From positions 1 to 31,660 of the forward strand of contig NW_021832179.1 of assembly GCF_006345805.1 (NCBI RefSeq): a DNA stretch of 31,660 nt, given 5' to 3'. This document shows, piece by piece, positions 10,110 through 20,050 of the stretch. The notes beneath the pieces were generated by a model. The model ran no database searches. It was given only the letters and a program-made list of their open reading frames with translations, and was not told the origin of the DNA. Position 1 is the stretch's first letter. Every line of letters begins with the position of its first letter. The translations under genes and the position numbers were made by a program. Origin of the DNA: Octopus sinensis (taxonomy: Eukaryota).

Positions 10110-10720
10110 TGCAGCCACACAACATAAGCCGGGTCTATTCCCGGTGCAGTGAAGGTCACAGAAAGACTCCAGCTGCAGAGGAAACAATTAAAAATAATAA
10201 ACCCGTCTTACTTGTCTATAAGAAAGGAAGGCAAGTCATTCTGGCCAATGCAATGCTGTCATCTTTCCGTACAGATGAATTCTTCACCTTCTGGAAGAAC
10301 AGTCTAAGCAGTGTTGAACCCCCGGGAACATCAGTGCAGTAGGTCCTATAGGATTTATTTATTGATAGCAAACCACAACATTCATAGATTAAAGTTAATC
10401 CTTTAGACCCACGAGACCCCCGCGCAACTGCTCACTGGGACTACTGCGTTCCGGAATGAAATAAAATTCCCAGTCTTTTACCAGACAAACAAAGATTTAA
10501 TAGAATATCTTTTCGGAAAACACCAACTCTTTGAAGATGAAGCGCTGATCCGGAAGAAGATGGGATCATATTTCATAAAGGAACAAAATATTAGTGAAAA
10601 TTATTTTTGACAGACAAACTTCCGAAAAGGTATCACCTGTAAATTATGGTTTAAAGTAGATGACCTAGGTGTCAGACACATGGTAGCACCAACCCACTAA
10701 AGGCCTTCCTACCACAGAAG
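10110..10720 (+). pseudogene. Heavily decayed gag-like ORF1 of a LINE
   Basis: Stop- and frameshift-ridden protein-like stretch. It ends in a degenerate zinc knuckle PRCQTHGSTN(H)LKAF at ~10664-10712, which needs one frameshift. Confidence 0.4.
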
Positions 10721-10796
10721 CTAAAATAGCATGGGACCGCTCTACTGCTGACACTGCAAACGCAACCACAACAACAGCAATAACAACAGCAGCAGT

Positions 10797-11142
10797 GGAG
10801 GCGCAATGGCCCAATGGTTAGGGCAGCGGACTCGCGGTCGGAGGATCGCGGTTTCGATTCCCAGACCGGGCGTTGTGTGTGTTTATTGAGCGAAAACACC
10901 TAAAGCTCTACGAGGCTCCGGCAGGGGGTGGTGGCGACCCCTGTTGTACTCTTTCGCTCCAACTTTCTCTCACTCTTTCTTCCTGCTTCTTGTCCCCGAC
11001 TTCCTGAGCCTGGATGCGCATTCATCCATCCGTCGATGCTCTCGGTGTCGGGGGTTGACCTGCTTTCTCTTCTGCGGGTCTTACGAATAGCAAAGGACCA
11101 CGTTTCGGACTTCTCCCATCTTGCGAGCTCTGGGGCGATGAA
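10797..11142 (+). mobile_element. tRNA-derived SINE family C (possibly tRNA-Arg-derived, OR-type)
   Basis: A-box tggcccaatgg and B-box ggtttcgattccc in a tRNA-like head, followed by a non-tRNA body whose 3' part recurs at 9886-10045. Confidence 0.88.
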
Positions 11143-11481
11143 AGATTAAATCATGGTATTGTGTTTCTTGGGAAAGGGTCAGTGGGGAAATAGCCAGTGA
11201 TCGTTGTTTCTAATGCAACAGGTGATATTTAAGGAATCCTGAAAACCGGATTGTTTGGTTGACCTGGGGTGTAGGATTTGTAAACCGTTGCAATTATTGC
11301 ACCCTGGACCTCTTAGTACTGAAATTCGGGTCGTATGGACTGGTGTGCCCTGGGGTCAGTGTGAAAGTAAGATCACTTGCTTAAGATTGGGTCACTAGAT
11401 TTAGATGTGGTAGACGTCAACTAGCTCAAGATGTCCGAGGTGTAGCGACACTTGCGCCTGCTCGACGTTTACGACTCTCTA

Positions 11482-11523
<42 letters not shown>

Positions 11524-11903
11524 TTTGTTTGTAGAGCTGGTGTTTAATTAAGAGCAGTACTGTGACATTGTCATGGTAACAGGCTGTTTCAGTCCAGTCT
11601 ATTGCTGTGCCAGAAATTGCAATAGCTTAATCTAAACCCAGGGAGAGAAGGACAACCGAGCGATGGTATAAGTCAGACGGAGAAAAGGACACACAATAAC
11701 TCTTACTAAGCGAAGGAAATTTGATTGCTTTTTCTAGCAAGTTTAATGACTGAGTAAAGGTTCTCCACTTGGCAGGGCTGTTTGTAGTTAAAACATTTGG
11801 ACGCATGGCTTAACGGCTAAGTTTTCTTGGCAATTACGAGGTCCTCGGTTCGGTCTCACCTGGCGGCACTTAGCGTAAGTTGCTTATTTTCTATTATAAT
11901 CTA

Positions 11904-12021
11904 GTAAAGCTATATGTAAACACAATACTAAAGTTAGATGAAGACACACGACTAAAGTTTGATGCAGAATGAAGACTGAAGATAGATGTAAACAGAAGAC
12001 TAAAGTTAGATGGAGACACAA
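11904..12021. repeat. 24-bp minisatellite, 5 degenerate copies (ctaaagttagatgaagacacacga)
   Basis: Units start at 11904, 11928, 11952, 11976 and 12000. Confidence 0.85.
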
Positions 12022-12515
12022 GTTTAAAATAACATCCACATCTGTGTTTTCTTCTCCCCAATAAATTCTCCCGCTGGTTTTGTCAAAGATTATAAATATA
12101 ATTGCATACATAAACAGTCTCTGATTGTATTAATTCTCTTTTTAATTATATATTAACTACATTTTTGTAAATGCATTATTAGTCCCCACATTTAGCTTTC
12201 CTTTGAACTTGTTAATTATAGAAAATAAAATTAAAAATCTCAGTTGTTTCAACAGAAATGACCTGCGAGGTTGCTGGGGGTGGGGGTCAGTTGATACTTC
12301 AAAGATTGGGGCTGAGTGGAAGTAGTTGACGAGCAACGAGAATATTGTTCGATTGTTTACTAACGTGAAGGGCACAAATCTATGATCTTTTTTCAGGACC
12401 TCCAACACGGGTAGGTGGTGCGGAGAAGAAAGAAGGTGTTCTTTGGCCAAAGGCCTGACCCGAACACCTGTAACGAAGAACCATGAGAGAAAGCTGTTGA
12501 ATGGGGTCACTCATC

Positions 12516-13120
12516 TACTGAGTCGAAAATTTAGGAATATTTTGGTAACATTTGCTTTATTCGCAAATAAAGGCAGCTTAGTGTTCAAAATGGAGACTAC
12601 CAAACCGCATCGTGTGGAGTCACCTTTCCGCAATTTCTTTTATTCCACGCTGATACCAGTAATTGTCATTCGAGGCGAACAGCTCTTTCACTGAGGCATC
12701 CACCTCTCCATGATTGGTGAAGCTTCGCGAGAGGAGGAAGAGGGCCATGGAAAGGACCTAGTAAAAACCCAAGGGAACTAGGCCCATATTACATGCTGGG
12801 TCTAGTATCATTTCGATTTCCTCAAGTTCACAGAATTTATTCCGGGTAGTTCGAGAGGTGTGAGGCCTTGCGTTGTCTTGTGTTGTCTTGCTGTAGAAAA
12901 GCTCGTTTTCTGTTAACCAATGCCGAAGTATTTTTCTTACATAATGGCATACACCCGCTCCAGCTGTTCGAACTACGGGTTGGCATCGAGGGTTCGACCG
13001 TCCAAAACAAATTCGTAGAGAATTATCCCCTTATAATTCCACCAGATGCAAAGAGTCACCTTGCGTTTGAAACGCCCATGTTTGGCGACAGGTTCTGCAA
13101 GCTGGTTCTTGCTTAACTAA
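12516..13120 (-). pseudogene. Decayed mariner transposase, C-terminal half
   Basis: Across frames: KVTLCIWWNYKGIILYEF...EQLERVY...ALVNRKR..LQQD...RPHTSRTTRNK...VKELFAS...WYQRGIKEIAER. Confidence 0.85.
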
Positions 13121-13519
13121 TGCTTATGTTGTGACTTGACGTATAAAGAAAAAAATTACCAAAATATTGCAAAACATCTGACTTCACAAAACAAGAATAG
13201 GAACGGGGCTTCAACACAGTTTTCTCCTACAAAATTTTACCCGTAAGGCTTTCGTCAAACCAATGGTAGAAGACTAGAAGGCAATTGCAGAAGGAACTGT
13301 GAATTGGAATCAAAACCAATGCCATTTAAATGCGAAGCGAACGGTTAAGATTGCTTACGTAGTGACTTGACTTACTTGGGTGGAGGACCTCAGTCGTTCG
13401 ACGACGAGGATTCATTTGTTTGATCAACTAAATTACCTGCTTTTAAATTAACGTGTAAGTGACTGAGTATTCCACAGATAGCACGTGTATTTTTAACAAT
13501 TCTTAAGCAGAAACAGCGT

Positions 13520-14320
13520 GAGTACCAGTCAAGTCAAGCACTGGGGCTGATGTAATCAGCTGACCCCGTTCACCAAGATTTCAGGCCTTGTGCCTAGAGT
13601 AGAAAAGAATTTAAGGCCCGTTGAAGACGGCGAGCTGGCAGAATCGTTAGCACACCGGGCGAAATGCTTAGCGGTATTTCGTCTGTCTTTACGTTCTGAG
13701 TTCAAATTCCGCCGAGGTCGACTTTACTTTTCATCCTTTCGGGGTCAATAAATTAAGTACCAGTTGCGAACTGGAGTCAATCTAATCGACTGGCCCCCTC
13801 CCCCCAAATTTCAGGCCTTGTGCCTAGAGTAGAAAAGAATATGTTTAGCAATATTTCTTCCGGCTCTTTACGTTCTGAGTTCAAATCACCACCGAGGTCG
13901 ACTTTACTTTTCCCCATTTTGTGGTCGATAAAATAAATACCAGCTTATCACTGGGGTCGATGTAATCGACCGCTCCTTCCAGCAACATTTCAGACCCTGC
14001 GCCTATAGAAGAAAATAATTTAAGTTGATGTGGGACCCTTGGTTACAACGATTTGTGCTCTCAAGTTGCGTTTCTTTGATCTGGGTTCGAGTCGACTTTA
14101 CCTTTCAATCCGCTGAAATTGATAAAATTAATTACCAGTCAAGTATAATCGACAAATCCTTTTCCTAAAATATGTAGCCTTGTGGCCCTTATTAAGGATA
14201 GTTAATATCATTCAAGAGGGGCTTTCATCCCTTCGGGGTCGACAAAATAAGTAGCAGTGAAGTACTGGGAGTCGGTAGAATCGACTTAACTCGTCTCTCA
14301 AAACTTCAGGCTTTAAAAGA
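13520..14320 (+). mobile_element. Head-to-tail cluster of SINE family A copies (best copy 13626-13840; partials ~13522-13610, 13841-14020, 14080-14190, 14220-14320)
   Basis: Repeated ggtcgacttt..tttcatcctttcggggtcgataaa..aagtaccag core and tttcaggccttgtgccta tail. Confidence 0.88.
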
Positions 14321-14324
14321 ATAT

Positions 14325-14505
14325 TGATTTCAAATGTTGGTACAAACGGGGGTAAGCCGATTGCATCGACCCCCGCTGCTCAAGTTGGTTCTTGAATGAA
14401 AAACAAAGTCAACCTTGGCGGAATTTCAATTCAGAACGTGAATACGGACGAAATGCCGCTGAGCATTTTGTCCGGCATGCTAGCGATTCTGCCAGCTTGC
14501 CGCCT
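14325..14505 (-). mobile_element. SINE family A, inverted relative to the adjacent cluster
   Basis: The segment ...ggcggaatttcaattcagaacgt...gattctgccagcttgccgcc is the reverse complement of the family head. Confidence 0.85.
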
Positions 14506-14589
14506 TAAAATAAGTATATATTTGTTTTTGAAGGATTCCGACCACCCCTCAAATGACTAAAAGGTGAACTGACTCCTTGTTATAAAGAT

Positions 14590-16395
14590 AAAGAACTGTG
14601 AGCGATTGGCGTTCGTGTTGCCAGCATTTTCTTTTTCGCGTTAATCATTATTTGATCCCTGTTAGACGTAAGTCACATTGTTGATTAATCGTTGAAGGTC
14701 TCCCGCAAGGGTGTACCTATTGTTTAACTACACTGTTGAATTTTTGAATTGCTAGGGGCTGTGTGTTTTTTTTCTGTTTTTTTTTTTTTTTTGCTGTGTT
14801 TTTATAATTGTTTTCTTTCCTATTTATGGGTGAAGTAGTGAAAAAAGGAAAGATGGAAAGCGAACCAGTCCCAGCCGGCAGCGGCTGGAAGAAGTTTAAC
14901 TGCAGAGATACAACAGGTTCGAGAGGTGAAGACGGAGAGAAAGACGGTAAAGGAGTTTAACAGACTGATCGAAAAGGAGGGAACCAGTTTGAGGTTGACC
15001 CCGCCACAAGAAATGACAGCTAGTGTGACGAGCGAACAGTGGTATATAGAACGCTGTCCACGGCAACGAAAAGAATTGAAATAGCTACGGTGGAAGCCAT
15101 GGAAGAGTGTTTAAAGGAGGTAAAGAGCCTCACAACATTCTATACCAGAGGGAAAAAATACGGCTCAGCGGAGGTAAGCTTCGCTAGCGAGCAACAAGCG
15201 ATAAACCACTCCACTGTGGCGCTAAGGACGCCAGAATGGGTACTACTGCCGACTTACTGTGGCAGACGATTGTCCAGGGTAAGGATAGGTAGAGTACCCC
15301 CGGAGACTGAGGAGGCGTGGCTGGTGGCTGCCATTATGTATAATACGGAGGAGGAAGCGAAAGTTTGAAAAGTAACGAGAAAAAAAGAGGTAAACTGATG
15401 GGGATACGGCCTCAAGGTGGCGCTTCAGGTCAGTTTTCAGGACCTACACAAGATAGCGGAGGAGGTGATACTGCCGGAGAAAGTGAGATTAAGAGTAGTG
15501 GTGGCGGGAAGACCTCCAACATGTGACCAGTGTGGAGCAAGGGTACACATGAGTGCAAGGTGTTCCCAGAATGACGAGAAAGGTGAACACGAACAGCAGC
15601 AACAGGGTGACGAGCAGGAGCAAAAATACCGAACTGGAGACCCCAGTGAGTGAGAAGTGTCCGGAGAAGGTGGAGGAGGAATATACGGTGGTAAATAGGG
15701 AAAAGAAAAGAAAGGAAAAGGTGGACTCATCGCCAAAGAGTCCACTAAAGAAGAGGAAGGAAAATAAAGAGGAAGAGACACAGAAGGAGATTCCAACAAC
15801 AACAACAAGGGAAGCCAACGTGGAAAATCAAGTGGAAATACAGGAACAAGTAACAAAAACAAAAAACGAAAAAAGAAATGGTGTATGGTGACATATTCGA
15901 AAAACACGGAAATTGAAAAGAGAATAACCAAAATGAAGTCGGTGGTGAGAGTGAAGTTAACAACGGAATATTATCCAGAGAACACCAACGCAATTGTGAT
16001 TGACCAAGAGAGATGTGCAAGATTGAGAGAATTGTTTGGAAATAAGAGAAACTCAGCAGGAGTACGCGAGGAGTTCGATGACTTGCTGCCAGTGATAGAT
16101 TATGAGGACCTAATACCGTACATAAAATGGTGAAAAAAAGTAAGAAAATATTTGGAATTTTAATGACAGTAAAACTGATACAAAAAGAGAAAAAAGAAAA
16201 AAAGATATAAAAATATTTAACTAAAACATTTAAAATGATATTGCTTGCGAGTGGGGAGCATGCAGCCATTTCACTTCCATTATTATAATTTATTCTTCAT
16301 TCATTCGTTTTATGTTTTATGTCCCCACTGTAGTGTCCTGTTTGTCCTTGTGCTGTCCCCTCTGCGTTACGGCCGTAGTGCTAAAAAAAAAAAGA
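14590..16395 (+). mobile_element. ORF1-only (HAL1-like) non-autonomous retroelement; decayed gag-like ORF ~14826-16288
   Basis: ORFs 15039-15368 and 15417-15653 share a frame and contain a CX2CX4HX4C knuckle (CDQCGARVHMSARC, 15522-15563), followed by a K/E-rich tail. No endonuclease or RT motifs were seen. A short 3' UTR with a tgtccttg..tgtcccctctg motif precedes a poly(A) at 16383-16393. The 5' boundary is approximate. Confidence 0.65.
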
Positions 16396-16865
16396 ATCAT
16401 CGTGTTGGTAGCAGTTCATTGTGAGTCTTTGATATAGAGTGTGGGTCTCGTGCAATAGATAAAATGTTAATCTTGCAAAGTACCAAAGTGTCGGGCAAAA
16501 GACATTTGGGAGACATTTTGGTAATGACCTGAGCAAAGTTCAAATCGCGCTGTGGTAGATTTTTGCCTTCTTTTATATCTGGGGGTCGGTAAAATATTAA
16601 CCTCATTAAGTACCAGGCTAATTTAAATCCCTGATAAACTCTCTAATAAGCGGAATGTTTGTTGTTGCTCCAGTTAAGATTACGTCATAACTATTAAAAT
16701 TATTAGATTAACATTAAATTATCGCATTAAATCTACATTAACCGACTAGATAATTGCTTCGTTAATTAACTAACTCAATCGGTTAGGATTGTAGGAGTGG
16801 TGGTTTCGATTGGATTGACGTGCGTGATGTCATCATCATTTATCTTTCATATTGTTTTCTTCCCC

Positions 16866-17045
16866 CCTTGTTACAGTCATTGGGCTGCGGTCATGCTGGG
16901 GCACCGCATCGCAGCGTTTAGTCGAAACAAATCGACATCGGTGTCAATTTTTATATTTTTTTGCCGAACCGATTACTCAGTGACATGAACAAATCAGCAC
17001 CAGAGGTCAAGCGGTAATGGTGGTGGGACAAGCGCAACACAAAAC
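16866..17045 (-). mobile_element. Degenerate SINE family B, 3' half
   Basis: Reads cagtcattgggctgcggtcatgctggggcaccgc...tttagtcgaaacaaatcgac. Confidence 0.75.
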
Positions 17046-17139
17046 AAACATAGAGAAAAACCTACATATCACCGAAGGGGTGGTTGTGTATATGCATAAA
17101 TATATATATATATGTGCATATATATATATATGTATATGC

Positions 17140-18060
17140 ATTTTTACTGTCTTGTTCTCACTATCCTGTTCTTGTTACCACTTTCACCCTCCGCAAAAAA
17201 TCTCAAATTTTATTTAATATTGCTTTGCGAGGAGGACTGTTTCAACGAAGCCGCGTATTGTCCTTGCCTTTGTAACGCGGAGTAGATGAAACAGGGACAA
17301 TTGAAGAAAGGGGAATATTCTTTATGTTGCATGTCTCGTTTCTCTGTTTGTTTTTTTCGTTGTTCGAAAAATGTTTTTTTTATGTTTTCGTTCCTCATTG
17401 TTTTCAACTTTTTTTTTATGTCCTGTACCCATATATATGTAGGTATGTACATATATGTATGTATATATGCATATATTATTATATTATTTATATCATTATA
17501 TGGTCGAACGTCACACAGCCTTTTCCAAGTAAGTTTTATCTTAATAATTACGATGCGCACTCTTCTATCTCTACTATCTCTTACTATCTCTCTCCCTCTC
17601 TTGTTCTACACACTTTCTGGTTTTCTCTCCCACCTTTCCCTATTCTTCTCCTCTCCTCTTCACCGTTCCCTCTCTCGTCGCTGACACGCCAAGAAAGAGA
17701 ATCTATCTTTCTGCTCATTACCTTCCTAAAGACAAAACGTGCTTATACTGTCTCCTCTCATAAACTCGTCTTCCTAGCGTTCAGAATAATTTTTCTATCG
17801 TCTTGGCTTAACAGCCGTCACCGTTTGTTTTTACTGTCTTGTTCTTGTTACCACTTTCACCCTCCGCAAAAATCCCAAATTTTATTTAATTGGCTTTGCG
17901 GGAAGGACTGTTTCAACGGAGTCGCGTATTGTCCTTGCCTTCGTTGCATGTCTCGCTTTTCTATTTATTTTTTTCGTTGTTCGAAAAAAGTTTGTTTTTA
18001 TGTTTTCATTCCTTATTGTATTTAACGTTTTTTTGATGCCCTGTACCCATATATACATGT
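17140..18060 (+). mobile_element. Partial-tandem Penelope-like repeat (direct repeats ~17140-17445 and ~17828-18060)
   Basis: The block ttgttaccactttcaccctccgcaaaaa...cctgtacccatatata is duplicated, and the second copy lacks ~17271-17325. The first copy contains permuted hammerhead-like segments. Confidence 0.65.
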
Positions 18061-18087
18061 ATATATACATACATATGTACGTATATA

Positions 18088-18150
<63 letters not shown>

Positions 18151-18155
<5 letters not shown>

Positions 18156-18400
18156 ATCCAAACATGAAAACACAAAGAGAAAACACAACAACGCAAGGAC
18201 GTGGAACAAATATAGTATTATTGGACGTTCAGGAAGGAAGGGAAGAAGGAGGGTTAACGTTTCGAGTGGAGCTCTTCGTCAGAAACATAGGAAAAGGAAA
18301 GATCCAAAGAAGGGAATACAGAGGAAAAAATCGCCAACGGTACGCACGCGGTCACATTTTGAATGACCGGAAGGAAATAGGTGAAGAAAAAGTTCTTTCA
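18151..18400 (-). mobile_element. Penelope-like pseudo-LTR fragment (copy 2) with canonical hammerhead core
   Basis: The minus strand reads gttt CTGACGA a gagc-tcc-actc GAAA CG TT aac at ~18253-18286. It is flanked by long (TA)n. Confidence 0.7.
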
Positions 18401-18409
18401 AAGACATAT

Positions 18410-18497
<88 letters not shown>

Positions 18498-18799
18498 ATT
18501 GTACACCTTATTGAATAAACATTGATTTCCCTGTGATCATCCACTCGTCGACAAGTTTTGTTTTTCATCCTGCGGAGATGCACAATCACTCTCCTTACCA
18601 AAGCTTGCTTAAGGGGTTACCGGTTGTTCAGTCGCCGATGCCCCGAATAGGCAACAGGTTGTACTGAATTATATCTTAACTACAGCGCTCACAAGCGACA
18701 CACACACATACACACACACACACACGCGCGCACACACGCACGCACACACGCACACGCACACACACGCACACACACACAGTGTGTATACATAATCTATGA

Positions 18800-18947
18800 G
18801 CCATAAGATCATAAGGTCAGTTTCCTGGGTTCCGTGGCGTATAGATTCTCCAGTGGACAGGACACTGACCCGTCGCAGGGTTACTCATTTTTGCCAGCTG
18901 AGTGGACTGCAGTAACGTGACATGAAGTGTTTTGCTCAAGAACACAA
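18800..18947 (-). mobile_element. SINE fragment (family D: tgttcttgagcaaaacacttca...ccactcagctggcaaaaatgagta...)
   Basis: The reverse complement shows the typical post-tRNA SINE body tcttgagcaaaacactt and cctgcgacgg. Confidence 0.65.
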
Positions 18948-19254
18948 AATCTGAGAGGAACATCGAAGTTTTATTTTGCCCACAATCATCGATCTAATCG
19001 ACTCCCCACTCTCCCAAAATTTCGGGCCTTGTGTCTAGAGTAAAAGAAAATATTTACTTTCATTTATTCGTTCATTAGTCAAGCGGAAGTTACGATAGAA
19101 AATACTTTTTATCTCAGGTGTAAGCAGCGGCGGGATTGAACCTGCAATCACGAAGTTTCGAAGCAAACTTCTTAACCATACAACTATTATAACAGAAATA
19201 TTCCTGTCGACTTCTTTGTTTTATGCAGTTCTGAATTTCTGTACGTTTTTTAAA

Positions 19255-19385
19255 GTTTTTTGTCTGTCTACCAAATCCATTCACAAGGGTTTGGTAGACA
19301 AAAGGCCAAACTAGAAGACGCTTGCCCCTGGTACTGTGTAGTGGGACTGAACCCAAGACCAGATGGTCGGGAAGCAAGTTCTATT
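19255..19385 (-). mobile_element. Degenerate SINE family B head
   Basis: Reads gtctaccaaatccattcacaaggg...gtgggactgaaccc...ggaagcaag. Confidence 0.75.
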
Positions 19386-19655
19386 ACTTTATATTTATTA
19401 ACAAAAGTTAATCAATCAATCAGCTCCCATGAAGAAATTCGGATGAAGACGAACAAACCGAAACTTGGAAATCAGTCAACCATTTCTTCGTAAAAGTTCA
19501 TAAGTATGTACTCTGCTAAAAAGTATTGATTAATCTGAAATTGTTTTTATTTGTAAATTGACAAACCCCTCCCCCCAATATTTATGTGTATTTGTGTGAG
19601 TGTACGTAAATATAATAACATGCTAAAAGACTTACATAAAATTTACTGAAAGTTA

Positions 19656-20050
19656 AATTATCTCTGAGAGATTTAGAAGTGCAATATTTCTAATTTTGTA
19701 GATCAGTGAATATATTTCACTTGAAATTCTATAAGTTTTCAACAGCGATTTAGCACCGACGGCTGGCAGAGTCAGGCTACGTCAGACTGATGAAGGGTAG
19801 CTACCCTGAAACTAGTCACTGGGTGCTGGTTTTGTTGGGTGGAAGTACTTATCTCTCTTGTTTGAAAACTTAAGGATACAGAGCGCTTGTGTCACGTAGC
19901 CAACTAGAAACGGTATTTCTTGAGTCTAAATAGCAGTAGCATTCTTCTCTTTCCTGGGATTGACATGTTAAGTTGGCAGCAAACCATCACTTTATCGTGC
20001 TACTACTGTGTAATTCTCTCTGAGAAACTTAGAAATGTAATATTTCTAAT
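19656..20050 (+). mobile_element. 356-bp unit with 39-bp terminal direct repeat enclosing a hammerhead (retrozyme or pseudo-LTR-like)
   Basis: 19656-19694 and 20012-20050 match at 34/39. Confidence 0.6.
19775..19830 (+). ncRNA. Type-I hammerhead ribozyme motif with intact core
   Basis: CTGATGA (19787-19793), stem II AGGGTAGCTACCCT, GAAA (19808-19811), palindromic CTAG and TC cleavage site (19816-19817). Stem I is tcag/ctgg with a first-position A-A mismatch. Confidence 0.75.

Noticed and set aside
10797-10870. tRNA-like sequence
   Set aside because: It lacks a proper acceptor stem and continues into a repeated SINE body, so it is a SINE head and not a tRNA gene.
11904-12021. Periodic repeats (also 22260-22360 and 5105-5330) as a possible CRISPR array
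   Set aside because: The units are contiguous and degenerate without unique spacers, the context is eukaryotic, and no cas genes are present.
17236-17295. Possible twister ribozyme (AAC...GCC...GCGGAG)
   Set aside because: The required P2/P4 and T1/T2 pairings could not be built, and the permuted hammerhead reading explains the pairings better.
18493-18700. Possible LTR 3' fragment (AATAAA, ends in ...ACA); similar idea for 1-166
   Set aside because: No second LTR, PBS/PPT or TSD is visible, so it cannot be supported.
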